A stretch of DNA of 64,000 bases, taken from Spirulina sp. GTDB lineage: Bacteria > Cyanobacteriota > Cyanobacteriia > Phormidesmidales > Phormidesmidaceae. The notes beneath the pieces were generated by a model. That model had not been told where the DNA came from. It did not search any database and saw only the letters and a list, made by a program, of their open reading frames with translations. The stretch lies in assembly GCA_044070495.1 (NCBI GenBank), contig JBIPSI010000001.1, positions 160,001-224,000 of the forward strand. The letters run 5' to 3'. A program made the translations under genes and the position numbers. Below are positions 18,913-29,770 of the stretch, piece after piece (position 1 is the first letter of the stretch; each line of letters starts with the position of its first letter).

Positions 18913-20154
18913 CTAGGTGGTGTACTCAGCGTTGATTTTCACGTAGTCGTAGCTGAGGTCGCAGCCCCAGGCTTGGCCAAAGCCGGGGCCATCGCCGATG
19001 GAAACCTGGATGGCGACGGTGTCGGTTTTGAGGTATTCCCCTTGGCTAGATTGGGTGAGGTAGGCGCTAGCGGCTTGGCGATCAAAGGGAAGGGGCTGGC
19101 CGTGTTCCATCAGCAGGAATTCGCCCAGTTGCACCCGTAGGTCGTCTTGGTCGAAGGTGACCCCAGCCCGTCCGGCGGCGGCGGCGATGCGGCCCCAGTT
19201 GGGGTCGTGGCCAAAGATGGCGGATTTGACCAGGGAGGATCCGGCGATGGTGCGGGCCACTTGGTTGGCGGCGGCTTGGTTGACGGCCCCGGAGACGGTT
19301 ACTTCGATTAGGCAGGTGGCCCCTTCGCCATCGCGGGCAATGGATTTGGCCAGGTATTGGCAGACGGCGGTGAGCATGGCCTCAAGCTGCTCCGCCTCTG
19401 GGCCTTCGTCGGTGATGGCGGGGGTGCGGGATTCGCCGTTGGCTAGGGCGATCAGGGAATCGTTGGTGCTGGTGTCGCCGTCTACGGTGATTTGGTTAAA
19501 GCTGCGGTCGGCGGCGCGGCGCAGCATGTCTTGCCACAGGGTAGGCGACACGGTGGCATCGCAGGTGACGAAGGAGAGCATGGTGGCCATGTTGGGGTGA
19601 ATCATCCCCGACCCCTTGGCAATGCCGCCAATGCGTACCGGGCGGTCGTGGAGGAGGGTTTCCATGGCGATGGTTTTGGGCACCAGGTCGGTGGTGATAA
19701 TGGCGGACGCTGCCGCATCGGAACCCGTGGGGGAGAGGGCCTGCACCAGGTTAGGAATGCCCGCCTTGAGTTGATCCATCTTGATCCGCTGGCCAATCAC
19801 CCCGGTGGAGGCAATCAGCACCGCATCGGCAGGAATATTCAAGGCGACAGCGAGGGTTTCGGCGCTATCTACGGTGTCTACCCAGCCCTGGTTTCCGGTG
19901 CAGGCATTGGCCTGTCCGGCGTTGACCAAAATGGCGCGGCTGCTGGAACGGGCCTCTAGGCGCTGGCGGCAATAGTCTACACAGGCGGCGCGGACATGGC
20001 TGGTGGTGAACACCCCCGCCGCAATGGCGTCACATTCAGAGTAAATCAGGGCCAAATCTGGCGCACCGGAGGGCTTCAGCCCCGCCGTAATCCCCGCCGC
20101 CTGGAAGCCCTTAGGAGCCGTGACGCCGCCCTCAACAATCTGCCACTCCGCCAT
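18913..20154 (-). CDS. argJ: Bifunctional glutamate N-acetyltransferase / ornithine acetyltransferase
   Basis: NAGQANACTG, STGVIG, KGSGMIHPNMATML, DGDTSTND, YVKINAEYTT. Confidence 0.97.
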   Translation of the reverse strand: MAEWQIVEGGVTAPKGFQAAGITAGLKPSGAPDLALIYSECDAIAAGVFTTSHVRAACVDYCRQRLEARSSSRAILVNAGQANACTGNQGWVDTVDSAETLAVALNIPADAVLIASTGVIGQRIKMDQLKAGIPNLVQALSPTGSDAAASAIITTDLVPKTIAMETLLHDRPVRIGGIAKGSGMIHPNMATMLSFVTCDATVSPTLWQDMLRRAADRSFNQITVDGDTSTNDSLIALANGESRTPAITDEGPEAEQLEAMLTAVCQYLAKSIARDGEGATCLIEVTVSGAVNQAAANQVARTIAGSSLVKSAIFGHDPNWGRIAAAAGRAGVTFDQDDLRVQLGEFLLMEHGQPLPFDRQAASAYLTQSSQGEYLKTDTVAIQVSIGDGPGFGQAWGCDLSYDYVKINAEYTT

Positions 20155-20248
20155 TGCCGTTGTTCCTTGTGGATGGTGTTTTGCAGGGGATTATACCAAG
20201 CCCCCCGTCCTGGGGATGCTTACCCAAGACCCATTTCCTATTCCCGGC

Positions 20249-21916
20249 TCATTCCCACTCGGCGGCGTATTGCAGCAATAGGGGCGGCAGCTTGAGGTCG
20301 GCGGGGGTACGATGGCGGGCCTCAAACACGCCTACAATGTCCTTGGGGCCGGGGTTACCCTTGGCCTGTCCGGTCACACCGCTAGCAATCACCACGGCGC
20401 AGCAGCCCCCGCTTTTCTGCTGCCACTGATCCCACCGTTCCAACTGGCGCTGATCGGGGCCGGGGTCACTTTCGTACTCGGCAAACAGGTGCAGTTCGCT
20501 ATCTCCGGTTTGCAGGAGTCCTAGTTCAAAATGGACGCCGTTAAAGGGATCGCTGCCAGGGTTAAAACACACAGCCTGAACGCCCTGGGCTGATTGCAGG
20601 TCTTTGATCAGAGCCTTGGCCTTGGGGCGGGAGGTCTGAATGATCACCACGGGCAGGGTGGCTTGCTTGGGCAGAGGGCCATCGGGATGATCGGCGTAGG
20701 CCACCATAGGATCCAGTTTGGCAAACTCCAGCCAGGATCGTTTGATTTGGGTAAGCAAAATAAGCGCCCCCTCCGGCACATAGTCGTCGCGCAGGACGGG
20801 GAAGGTGAGAACGTCATCGCTGTCGTCGTCGTCACCAATCGCTTGCTCGGTTTGTTCCAGCAGCTCTTCAGTAACTTCCGGCAGGGTTTTGACCGTTACC
20901 TTGAGGGCCGGAGCGCTGCTTTTTTCTGGATTGGGAATGCGATAGCTGCCCTTTAGATCGGGGTAGGGGGGCTTTTCTAGGCGCGACCGATGCTTGGACA
21001 GGAACCGCTGGAGCGCCTCCATGGCCACGAGAAAAATGGCTCCCTCTTCGTCGGCCAGTTGGCTTCGCAGTCCTTCCAGGGGGTGAATACTGCCAAAGAT
21101 TGGATCCACCGCATCGGGGGCGGCGTTGGCCCAGCCTAAGGCCGCAAAGGGGCCGCTGGGAACCGGATCCTCCAACAGTTCAAAGTTTACAAACAGGCAG
21201 TCCTGCTCTAAAAAGGCCTCCTGCATTTGTTTGGGCGATTGTTGTCCCATCAGCACCCGTTCCCGAAACTGTTTCAGGGAGTCTAGGGTGCGGTACATCA
21301 ACAGACCATACTCCACCCCGCCCATGCCCAGCACCGAAACATAGAGGGTCTCAATATCCCAAGCGTTTAGCTCGATAGCGATCACCTGCTGCTCGTTGAG
21401 GCTGTGCCAGGGGCCAAGTTCCCAGACTTCCATGGCCTTGTCGATCATGGCGTCGCCGTAGCGTTCGGGCAATTCCGCTTCCTCCAGGCCGCTAGCCTGC
21501 TGGAGGGCGTTGAACAACTCGTCAATCAGCGGCAGTTCCGGGGCGTAATCTACTTCAATATCCAGCCCTTGAATCGCTCCACGCAGGTAAAACTGAATCT
21601 CCCGATCACTCACCACAATCTTTTTAGGGCGGGCCGGAGGCAGGGAACTTTGGGGCGATTCGATAGCCTGGATCAGGGTGCGAACAATCGGCTCGTAGCC
21701 GCTGCTAGAGGGCACCATGGTAATGCCGCGTACCGTGCCGTGGCCGCTGTCTACCCAAAGAATACAGTCGCTATGTTCACTACTCCCATTGCGATTCCAG
21801 GTGTTCGCATCTTCCTCCACCAGTCCACTCATCGGTCGCCGAGCCCCCTCCCATACGCTAGCAATCCGGGGCAGCTGCTTGAGGCGATCAATGGTAATAC
21901 GGTTCAATCGAGTCAT
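20249..21916 (-). CDS. Conserved cyanobacterial hypothetical protein
   Basis: 555-aa ORF with native codon usage (RLKQLP...WEG.RR, CILWVD, ARPKKIVV.DREIQF.LRG); function unknown. Confidence 0.8.
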   Translation of the reverse strand: MTRLNRITIDRLKQLPRIASVWEGARRPMSGLVEEDANTWNRNGSSEHSDCILWVDSGHGTVRGITMVPSSSGYEPIVRTLIQAIESPQSSLPPARPKKIVVSDREIQFYLRGAIQGLDIEVDYAPELPLIDELFNALQQASGLEEAELPERYGDAMIDKAMEVWELGPWHSLNEQQVIAIELNAWDIETLYVSVLGMGGVEYGLLMYRTLDSLKQFRERVLMGQQSPKQMQEAFLEQDCLFVNFELLEDPVPSGPFAALGWANAAPDAVDPIFGSIHPLEGLRSQLADEEGAIFLVAMEALQRFLSKHRSRLEKPPYPDLKGSYRIPNPEKSSAPALKVTVKTLPEVTEELLEQTEQAIGDDDDSDDVLTFPVLRDDYVPEGALILLTQIKRSWLEFAKLDPMVAYADHPDGPLPKQATLPVVIIQTSRPKAKALIKDLQSAQGVQAVCFNPGSDPFNGVHFELGLLQTGDSELHLFAEYESDPGPDQRQLERWDQWQQKSGGCCAVVIASGVTGQAKGNPGPKDIVGVFEARHRTPADLKLPPLLLQYAAEWE

Positions 21917-22254
21917 GGACTAGGGTGCTCAGAATGAGAGAACTGGAGATGATAACCCAGGCAAAGCCCTCGGTGGCTGGGTTGAATATAGGCAAAAGGC
22001 AACGGTCGGCATAAAGGGGTTTAATGGTCAGGCCGAGGAAAGACCGCCCATAGCCCCACGATTTCCCAAAGCCTCACAGTAAACTATAGAAAGTTCCAAG
22101 GGAAACAGCGAAGGTCAGCCCTCAAAAGTGTTAGATTTCAAAACATTTTATCCACGGCTCTAGCGGACATTAACCGCTAGAATAGTTAACCGCTAAGTTA
22201 TAGCGGCCACGCTTTGCCAAGTTTGCGTCCCCAGTTCTTAGTCGAAAGGTTGTC

Positions 22255-22611
22255 ATGGCACAGGTCACCGAACAAACTCGAGGCATTCTGCTCTCCGAAA
22301 CGGCCCTAGCGCACGTCAAAGCTCTCCAGCAGCAGCAGGGGGGAAAAGCCCTTTGTCTGCGGGTGGGGGTACGCCAAGGCGGTTGCTCCGGCATGTCCTA
22401 CACCATGGACTTTGAAGACGCCAGCAACATCAACGAACACGACGAAGTCTACGACTACGACGGGTTTCAGGTTGTTTGCGACAAAAAGAGCCTGCTCTAT
22501 CTCTATGGGATGATGCTCGACTATAGCGACGCCCTGATTGGCGGTGGCTTTCAGTTCACCAACCCCAACGCCAGCCAAACCTGTGGCTGCGGCAAATCCT
22601 TTGGGGCCTAA
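22255..22611 (+). CDS. A-type Fe-S cluster assembly protein (HesB/IscA/SufA family)
   Basis: [14 protein letters not shown]...[14 protein letters not shown]. Confidence 0.95.
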   Translation: MAQVTEQTRGILLSETALAHVKALQQQQGGKALCLRVGVRQGGCSGMSYTMDFEDASNINEHDEVYDYDGFQVVCDKKSLLYLYGMMLDYSDALIGGGFQFTNPNASQTCGCGKSFGA

Positions 22612-22623
22612 CATCCACACACC

Positions 22624-23040
22624 ATGACCCAAACCGTTGAATCCCTGTTTGATACCGCCATTGAGCGCTATAAGGCGGGGGAAGAACCCGCTGATCTAAT
22701 TCCCGTTTTCAAAGATATCTGTGACCGTGCTCCCAAGAGTGCTGCGGCCTGGGCCTGTTTGTCCTGGCTGTATCTGCTGACGGACAAGCCCAACTCTGCT
22801 GTTAAGGCCGCCCAAAAGTCCGTCAAACTCAGCCCCCAGGATCCCCAGGGCCGAGTGAACCTAGCAGTGGCCATGCTGGATGCGGGCAAACCCGGTGTGC
22901 GCCAGCATGTGGAAATTGCCAGCCAGGTGATGACCGTGGCGGAAGACCTCCGCACCGAAGTGATGCAAAACATTGAGGACGGCCTCACCCGCAAGCCCGA
23001 CTGGGCCAGTCTAGAACGAGTCAAAGCTTGGCTTTCCTAG
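22624..23040 (+). CDS. TPR-repeat small protein
   Basis: AAWACLSWLYLL...AQKSVKLSPQDPQGRVNLAVA TPR pattern; starts 12 nt after the Fe-S carrier gene. Confidence 0.8.
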   Translation: MTQTVESLFDTAIERYKAGEEPADLIPVFKDICDRAPKSAAAWACLSWLYLLTDKPNSAVKAAQKSVKLSPQDPQGRVNLAVAMLDAGKPGVRQHVEIASQVMTVAEDLRTEVMQNIEDGLTRKPDWASLERVKAWLS

Positions 23041-23169
23041 GGCGGCATCGCCAGGGATAGGAAAGCCTACCTCAGCGAAGTACCATTCGTTAACCCTTCT
23101 GTCCTGTCCGGCACCATGGGTTGTGGGCAGGAGGGCTTTTTGATGGGGCTAGTCCATCCAGTCTGCGCC

Positions 23170-23916
23170 CTAGGCCAGGGGAGACTTAGATGGGATACCG
23201 GGCAGACGGGGGAATTTATCGGGGGTGCGGCTGACTTTGTCGATCACCACGTTGTGGCGCACGCCGTGGGTCATGGGGGTGGTCATGGGACGAACTTCCC
23301 GTAACTTTCCCCCCAGACGCGGCAAAATAGCCACCAAACTCTCCTCTTCCTGGGCCGACCACTGGCCTCGATAGAGAATGGCCTGTCCGCCCAGGTTCAG
23401 TAGGGGCAGGGCATATTCCGCGCAGGTGTTGACTGGCCCCACCGCCCGCAGCAGCGCCAGGTCAAAAGCCTCCCGGTAGATCGGCTGATGCCCCACCTGT
23501 TCAGCCCGTTCGGCCAAAAATTTCACGTTGTCTAAGCCCAGGTCGGCACTAGCCTGCTGAAGGGCGGCAATCTTTTTGCGGGTCGCATCCATCAGGGTCA
23601 CCGTCCAGCTAGGGCAGGCCATGGCCAGGGGCAAACCCGGAAACCCGCCCCCCGTGCCAATATCCACCACCGACTGGGGTTGCTCGGCTAGGGCGCTATC
23701 CACCAGCCAAGGGGCCACCCCCTGAAGGGAATCCCACAGGTGCTTTTCCCAAAAGTCCTCCGGGCTGGTAATGCGGGTGAGGTTGAGGGTTTGGTTCAGC
23801 GCCACAATGGCCTGGTACAGTGCCTCAAAGCGGGTCTGGAGATCCGCCGTGGGCTGCCAGTTGAGGGTGGTTTGCCACAGTTCCGTGGGGTTGGGGAGGG
23901 CAGGGGGTGTCGTCAT
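23170..23916 (-). CDS. rsmG: 16S rRNA m7G527 methyltransferase RsmG
   Basis: NLTRI, HLWDSL, DIGTGGGFPG, FPRLPG.P; the start overlaps the upstream stop (TGATG). Confidence 0.93.
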   Translation of the reverse strand: MTTPPALPNPTELWQTTLNWQPTADLQTRFEALYQAIVALNQTLNLTRITSPEDFWEKHLWDSLQGVAPWLVDSALAEQPQSVVDIGTGGGFPGLPLAMACPSWTVTLMDATRKKIAALQQASADLGLDNVKFLAERAEQVGHQPIYREAFDLALLRAVGPVNTCAEYALPLLNLGGQAILYRGQWSAQEEESLVAILPRLGGKLREVRPMTTPMTHGVRHNVVIDKVSRTPDKFPRLPGIPSKSPLA

Positions 23917-24584
23917 CACCAGTCGGCCTCTGAGGGGGTGGATTGAGGGGTGGCCTGACGCTCTAGGGTAAGTTGTCCCTGGTTCAGTCGCCAGCAGCAA
24001 TCTGCTAGGTGGGCCAGTTCATCGGCATCGTGGGACACCACCAGTAGCGTCCAGTTCTGCTTGAGCTGTTGCAGAAGGCCGATGATTTGCTGCCGCATCG
24101 ACCAATCTAGCCCCGCCGTGGGTTCATCCAGCAGCAGCAGGTAGGGCTTACGAATGAGCTGTACCGCTAGGGCCAACCGCCGCTGCTGGCCACCGCTGAG
24201 GGAGTGGGGCAGGGCGGTGAGGGCCAACTGATCAAGCCCCACCGCCTTCAGGGCTTGGTTAATCTGGGGCCGATCCAGTTCGGGGTGGCCCAGGCGCAGT
24301 TCCTCTAGAATGGTGTGGCCGCAAAAGTGTCGCTCTGGAAACTGGAATACTAAGCCTGCAATCTGGCGCAAGGCTTCCGGCTCCAGGGTTTGGTCGCGCC
24401 ACTGAATCTGCCCTGAGCTGGGCCGAGCAAAGCCCGCCATCAGCTCCAATAATGTACTTTTTCCCGACCCGCTAGGGCCATAGATCACCCCCAACTGCTG
24501 GGGAGCCAAGTCTAAGGACACCTGGTTTAGGATAGCCGCTGGGGTGGCCGGAGGATGGTAGGTCAGTTGGTCAAGGTGCAACAT
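23916..24584 (-). CDS. ABC transporter ATP-binding protein (CbiO/EcfA-like)
   Basis: GPSGSGKST, GLVFQFPERHF, LSGGQQRR, LLLDEP; likely start MLHLDQ. Confidence 0.9.
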   Translation of the reverse strand: MLHLDQLTYHPPATPAAILNQVSLDLAPQQLGVIYGPSGSGKSTLLELMAGFARPSSGQIQWRDQTLEPEALRQIAGLVFQFPERHFCGHTILEELRLGHPELDRPQINQALKAVGLDQLALTALPHSLSGGQQRRLALAVQLIRKPYLLLLDEPTAGLDWSMRQQIIGLLQQLKQNWTLLVVSHDADELAHLADCCWRLNQGQLTLERQATPQSTPSEADW

Positions 24585-24883
24585 GGGTGAAACAGGAGGA
24601 TTCCCTGGGGCATGTTCAGTGTGCCCCAAATTGACTTCAAGGCAGCGACAAGAAGAGCAGTAGGACAGTGTAGCATCTGTAACAGTGGCTCGACCCATTT
24701 CTGGGTGGGGGGAATCACAATAAAAGCGAGTATCAATGACAATCCATCCTCCTTTTTGATCCTCTACGCCGTTGCGGGTTGAGGACGGCCTAGGTGGATG
24801 AACTTGAGGGTTATCTACCGCCCGTTTCCCTGGCCCCGTTATCGTCAGTTCGATAGGCTCCGGTCGTAACTTTCTTTAATGTA

Positions 24884-25843
24884 GTGAGTAATTCTATGGT
24901 GGTTCAATCATCCCAACGGTCTGCAACGGTCCTACGATTCCGCCGCCCTCGGTGGCAAACCTGGTTAGCCACCACCCTCACGACCGCCATGGTTGGTTTA
25001 ACGGCCCTGCCAGCCCTAGCGGGGGATCCCTTCCGCCCCAGCAATCCCCACGCCATTGGCGAGGCCACCGAGGCCACCTTCGAGGCTCTGTTCTACGAAG
25101 GGGACTACACCGAGGCGCAGCGTTTGGTCAATCAGGCCATCGCCGCTGAGCCAAACGAGCCCATGAACTACGCCATTGCCGCCGCCCTCGACTATCTCAA
25201 TCAAGACCTCAGTTCGCTGCTGGAAAAAGCCCAGCAGACCCAGTCCGTTGCCGCCACCCTGAAGGAAACCGATCCCCTGCGCGGCCACCTCTATACCGCC
25301 GTGGGCATTTTCCTAGAGGGTGCCCACGTTATCCAAAGCCGGGGGTTAGCTCGCGGCACCCCTACGGTACTGCGCATGTTGCAGCAGGTGTTTGCCGAAC
25401 TAGATGCTGCCGAGGCCATCAGCCCCAACGATCCTGAACTGAGCCTGCTGAAGGGCTTTATGGATTTGCTGTTGGCGGTAAACTTGCCCTTCGCTAACCC
25501 CGATCAGGCCATTAGCCGCCTGCAACAGGGCCACCCCGACTACCTCTCCCAGCGGGGCATTGCCATTGGTCTGCGCGACCTCAAACGCTACGACGAAGCC
25601 CTAGTGGCCGTCAACAACGCCCTAGTGGCCGCTCCCAATAACCCCGACCTGATGTATCTCAAAGCTCAGATTCTCTTCCTCAAGCAGGACTATCAAGGGA
25701 GCCTGCCCTACTACGCCAGCGCCCTCACCTATGCCGATCAACTGCCCACATCTACCGTGCAGCGGATCCGGTTTGAGGAATGCCAAGCCCAGGGGCAAGA
25801 CTCCTCTATCTGCGGCACCTACCTCCAGGCTGGTCAAAATTAG
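24884..25843 (+). CDS. Sll0314/Alr1548-family secreted TPR protein
   Basis: Signal peptide ending PALA|GDPFR; DPLRGHLY.AVG.FLEGA; DPEL.LLKGFMDLLLAVNLPF. Start is 24884 (GTG) or 24896 (ATG). Confidence 0.8.
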   Translation: MSNSMVVQSSQRSATVLRFRRPRWQTWLATTLTTAMVGLTALPALAGDPFRPSNPHAIGEATEATFEALFYEGDYTEAQRLVNQAIAAEPNEPMNYAIAAALDYLNQDLSSLLEKAQQTQSVAATLKETDPLRGHLYTAVGIFLEGAHVIQSRGLARGTPTVLRMLQQVFAELDAAEAISPNDPELSLLKGFMDLLLAVNLPFANPDQAISRLQQGHPDYLSQRGIAIGLRDLKRYDEALVAVNNALVAAPNNPDLMYLKAQILFLKQDYQGSLPYYASALTYADQLPTSTVQRIRFEECQAQGQDSSICGTYLQAGQN

Positions 25844-25947
25844 CCGGGGATTGTCTCGTTGGCCTTCTCCCCAACGCATCGGTCTAAGCAGTAGGGGTAT
25901 GTCACAATGAACTGTCCCCTACTGCTTTTGGAGAGGAACCTGCCCCA

Positions 25948-26403
25948 ATGCACGTTGAATTTCGCGAGTGCGACTTTTTTAATATTTGGATTTGGCTTCA
26001 GTTCGAGACCGTGCCCTCTAGCCTAGAGCAGCAATATATCGACGAAGTGTTTTCCTCCTGGTTTTTCCTCGGCAAACTGGGCGGGTTCAACGCCGAAAAC
26101 CTTCAGGTGCAAGATACTGGCCTAGACATCAGCTATCTACCCTACGACGAAAGCCAATTGGGCAACAGCCTGCTGTCCGTCATGCACAACATGGGCGAGG
26201 TGGAGTACCAAGGGCTGTGGGCACGGTGCTGGTTTGACCTGGGCACCAGCGATGCCTTGGCCCTCGATGTGCTGATCAACGCCTTCGAGCAATTCAGCCG
26301 CGAGTACGTCACCATCAAAACCTGCTACATCGGTGGCGAAAACCCCGACTGGCCCATCCCCCGCAACCGTCGTCCCGAATTTGTGGATGACAACGATAAC
26401 TAA
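25948..26403 (+). CDS. DUF3531 family protein
   Basis: VEFRE...WIWL.F, SWFFLGKLGGFNAENLQ, WARCWFDLGTSD, IGGENPDWP. Confidence 0.85.
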   Translation: MHVEFRECDFFNIWIWLQFETVPSSLEQQYIDEVFSSWFFLGKLGGFNAENLQVQDTGLDISYLPYDESQLGNSLLSVMHNMGEVEYQGLWARCWFDLGTSDALALDVLINAFEQFSREYVTIKTCYIGGENPDWPIPRNRRPEFVDDNDN

Positions 26404-26501
26404 GCACCCACTCATCGCCTTCACCACCACCGGGCCAAAACCGCTGAGAACTTTGCGGTATGGTAAAACTATGCCCTGGCTGAACCTAGCGGAGAATCCC
26501 C

Positions 26502-26990
26502 ATGTCCTGGAATAGTTCCCCCTCCATTCCCGACCGTCTGTTTGCGGCCCTGCCCTACATTTTGGCCATCACCGCCGGGCTACCCTACGGGGTGTTTGTG
26601 GTGCAAGAAGTTCCGGCCATTCAGTTCTTGCTGTTGCCCTTTGCCCCGCTGATTCAGATTTACACAGGTCTTGAGCGCACCATTCCCTTCTTCGGGCTGA
26701 TTGTTTTCTTCGCCCTCATTTTGCTGGTAGTGCGTAACGAAAACATCAGCCGCTTCATCCGCTTCAACACCATGCAGGCCATTCTGCTGAGCTTCATCCT
26801 GGCGGTGTGCGGCTTAATTCTGGATTTATTGCGGCCCGTGCTGGGCGGTGGGCTGCTGGTACAAACCTTTGCAAGTGCTTTGTTCCTAGGGATGTTGGTC
26901 TCCGTTGGCTACTCCCTGGTGCAAACCTTCCGGGGTGAGTACGCCGACATTCCCACCATTTCCCAAGCCGTCCACATGCAGGTGCGCTAG
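26502..26990 (+). CDS. Tic20/Ycf60 family membrane protein
   Basis: DRLFAALPY, VVRNENISRFIRFNTMQAIL, GEYADIPTIS.AV..QV. Confidence 0.9.
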   Translation: MSWNSSPSIPDRLFAALPYILAITAGLPYGVFVVQEVPAIQFLLLPFAPLIQIYTGLERTIPFFGLIVFFALILLVVRNENISRFIRFNTMQAILLSFILAVCGLILDLLRPVLGGGLLVQTFASALFLGMLVSVGYSLVQTFRGEYADIPTISQAVHMQVR

Positions 26991-27088
26991 GCCCGGACAA
27001 CCACGGATTCTTGGGGTGTGCCTTGGCAAAAATGACCCTGTAGATCCAAGACCCATCGGTTAAGCAAGGCTAGGATTACCGATCCGTC

Positions 27089-27865
27089 CTAGGCTCTGGC
27101 GGCGACGACATTTTCTAACGCGCCAATGCCTTCAATTTCCACCCGCACCCGGTCGCCAATGGCGAGGGGGCCAACTCCCGCCGGAGTGCCCGTTAGCACC
27201 ACATCACCGGGAAGCAGGGTCATAATGTGGCTGATGTAGGTGATCAACTGGCCAGGGTTGAAAATCATCATGTCGATGGACGCGGACTGCACCGGATTGG
27301 GGTCGTCGTTGAGAAAGGTTTGAATGACGGCGGCGGGGCTAATTTCCCGCACAATCCAAGGCCCCAAGGGACAGAAGGAGTCGAACCCTTTGGCCCTCGT
27401 CCACTGGCCATCTTTTTTTTGCAGGTCGCGGGCGGTGACATCGTTGGCGATGGTATAGCCCCAGATTTTGCTCTGGGCTTCCTCTAGGGGCACTTGGGCG
27501 CAGCGTTCACCAATAATAATAGCCAGTTCTCCCTCGTAATCCACCTGCTGAGACTGGGGCGGATAGTAAATCGACGATCCCGACGAGATCACCGTGGTAG
27601 AAGGCTTCAGGAAAATCAGAGGTTCCGGCGGCGGCGGCGTCCCCATTTCGGCGGCGTGGTCGGCATAGTTTTTACCGACGGCAACCACCTTAGACGGGGC
27701 ACAGGGAGCCAAGATCGTGTACTGAGCCGGGAGTAGCTCAGCCTCCGTGGGTTGTCCCTGGAGCCAGGGTGGCGCATCCAACACCTGCACCCGGCGGTCG
27801 GGATGAAGCAACCCATAATGGAGCTGCCCAAGGTGAGACTGAACTCTAACGTAGCGCTGCGCCAT
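27089..27865 (-). CDS. Fumarylacetoacetate hydrolase family protein
   Basis: VGKNYADH, FLKP, DYEGEL, NDVTARD, AKGFDSFCPLGP, PGDVVLTGTP. Confidence 0.92.
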   Translation of the reverse strand: MAQRYVRVQSHLGQLHYGLLHPDRRVQVLDAPPWLQGQPTEAELLPAQYTILAPCAPSKVVAVGKNYADHAAEMGTPPPPEPLIFLKPSTTVISSGSSIYYPPQSQQVDYEGELAIIIGERCAQVPLEEAQSKIWGYTIANDVTARDLQKKDGQWTRAKGFDSFCPLGPWIVREISPAAVIQTFLNDDPNPVQSASIDMMIFNPGQLITYISHIMTLLPGDVVLTGTPAGVGPLAIGDRVRVEIEGIGALENVVAARA

Positions 27866-28018
27866 AATACTTGCTAAATCTTGATATAATTGTAGATCCT
27901 TGTCTTTACGCTAGCCGCAAGGCTCCTGGCCCCTAGGTTCCCCCTAGGCTGGTTGTTAGGGGGCTATAAACGCTGTTTTCAAGGGTGTAAAGGCCATTTT
28001 TGTCCATAAGGAGCCTCC

Positions 28019-28354
28019 ATGAAATCATACATGTACGAAACCATGTACATTCTGCGTCCCGACCTCAATGACGAGGTTGTGGATGGCACCATTGGTAAAT
28101 ATCAAACCATGCTCAAGGATCAGGGTGCCTCCATTCTGGAAACCCAGCACCGGGGCAAGCGTCGTTTGGCCTACGAGATCGACCGCAACCGGGAAGGCAT
28201 CTACATCCAGATGAACTACACTGGCCCTGGCGAAATCGTGGCTCCCCTAGAGCGGGCGATGCGTCTTAGCGATGATGTCATTCGTTTCCTCACGGTGAAA
28301 CAAGAGACCGAGGAAGCCCCGGTGGCCGAAGCCGTCGTCGAAGACGCTGAGTAG
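28019..28354 (+). CDS. rpsF: 30S ribosomal protein S6
   Basis: [42 protein letters not shown]. Confidence 0.97.
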   Translation: MKSYMYETMYILRPDLNDEVVDGTIGKYQTMLKDQGASILETQHRGKRRLAYEIDRNREGIYIQMNYTGPGEIVAPLERAMRLSDDVIRFLTVKQETEEAPVAEAVVEDAE

Positions 28355-28427
28355 ACGATAGCCAAGTTATCTGCTCCCTGCGGCCCCGCAACCTAGCCCC
28401 CTGGCTTAACGTTTAGGGAGCCATCAG

Positions 28428-28468
28428 CGCCACAGTGCCTTCGGGAACTGTGGCGTTCTATTTGTTTT
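28428..28468 (+). terminator. Probable intrinsic terminator of rpsF
   Basis: CGCCACAGT-GCCTTCGGGA-ACTGTGGCG stem with a UUCG loop, followed by a T-rich tract. Confidence 0.7.
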
Positions 28469-28659
28469 CAGACTTTTGAAAACAGGTGTGCCAGTTTTGG
28501 CAGCAGGTGCTACATTAGCAGCAATTTGGCCCTCCCCTAGGTTAGAAGCCAGGTCATCACCCAAAGAAAGCTTAGCTAACAGCGTTTCTCTGGGCTAAAA
28601 CATGGGCTAGGGGATTAGGGTTCAGCCCTGGTTGGCCAAAGCTAGTCGGTAATCGTTAG

Positions 28660-29235
28660 TTGGATGGGAGTAGTCCTGTGACGTCGTCTCCGTACACAGA
28701 TATGAATGATCAGCAGGCCGAAGTCGCGCGCCTGACCGCTGAGTTGGAAATTCGTGACCAGCTTGTGCAACAACTCTCCCAGGAGTTATTTCGGCTGGTG
28801 AAGGGCAATGCTGGGTTTATGCCTAGCCCTGAGGTCTCCGAGCAGCACCAGGCCGAGGTACGCGCCCTGCGGGATCAGCTACGGGGCGTGGAAAAGCAGA
28901 TTGACTTTTACCAAGGCCAGCTAGAGGAACGGGATGCCGAGGTGCTGCAACTTCGCCAAACGGTTCAGGAACTCACGGATCGTTCGCGGATGCTGGAGCA
29001 GGTTGTGCAAGAACTGCCCACGGTGTATCGCCAAAAGTTTGCCGAGCGCCTAACCACCGTGAAGCAACGGGTAGCCGAACTCCAGCGGGAGAACCGCCAG
29101 CTTCAGGCCGAATTGCAGAGCGTTACCTACCGCTTGGCCCTGCGTACCCGTCGCAGCCAACGCCTAGAACTGCCCAGCCTCAGCCAGGAGGGCAACCTAG
29201 ACGGCCTCTCGCTGCCCTCCTTCGGCAACGCCTGA
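28660..29235 (+). CDS. Npun_F5560-like coiled-coil protein
   Basis: RDQLVQQLSQELFRLVKGN...DRSRMLEQVVQELP..YRQKF; the true start may lie downstream of 28660. Confidence 0.75.
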   Translation: MDGSSPVTSSPYTDMNDQQAEVARLTAELEIRDQLVQQLSQELFRLVKGNAGFMPSPEVSEQHQAEVRALRDQLRGVEKQIDFYQGQLEERDAEVLQLRQTVQELTDRSRMLEQVVQELPTVYRQKFAERLTTVKQRVAELQRENRQLQAELQSVTYRLALRTRRSQRLELPSLSQEGNLDGLSLPSFGNA

Positions 29236-29423
29236 GGATCTAGACTTTCAACCCACCTTCGGCTATTCGCACGACAGACTTAGATCAGATTTTTTTAGAT
29301 CAGATTTCTGAGGCGGGTCGCTCTAACGGGGCGGGTCGCTAGGACTTGGAGCACAGGACGAGACAACTCACATGGGGCATCACCGCTGTTTTCTCTTGCC
29401 TAGAATTACCGTCTAGAAGCACC

Positions 29424-29765
29424 ATGGATTTTGACACCGCCCACCAGTTTTTGCTCCAACAAACCCTTTCCCCCAGCGATGACCAGCGGGAAACCTTTAT
29501 TGCCTGCCTACGCCAAGGAAAACCACCCGTGCCGGGACAGGTCACCTCGCTACTCCTAGCCCTCAAGGTCATCTATGAAGCGCTTAAGGATGAACCTGTG
29601 CTAGACCGCACCCTGCTCAAAGCTCTACTGGTTTTGATTGACGACAGCGGCCAACTTTACCGTCAGGGTATCACCGAAGGCATTATGTGGCCCCCGCTGC
29701 TAGCTGACGACCTCACCCGCCTGCGCCAAGCCGCCCGTTCCATCATGATTGGCCAAGCCACCTAG
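29424..29765 (+). CDS. Conserved cyanobacterial hypothetical protein
   Basis: MDFDTAHQFL..Q, GKPPVPGQVTSLLLALKV, WPPLL..DL. Confidence 0.75.
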   Translation: MDFDTAHQFLLQQTLSPSDDQRETFIACLRQGKPPVPGQVTSLLLALKVIYEALKDEPVLDRTLLKALLVLIDDSGQLYRQGITEGIMWPPLLADDLTRLRQAARSIMIGQAT

Positions 29766-29770
29766 TTCTG

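Noticed and set aside
27900..28018. Structured ribosomal-protein leader RNA upstream of rpsF
   Set aside because: Some pairing is possible, but I cannot verify a consensus by eye and rpsR is not adjacent.
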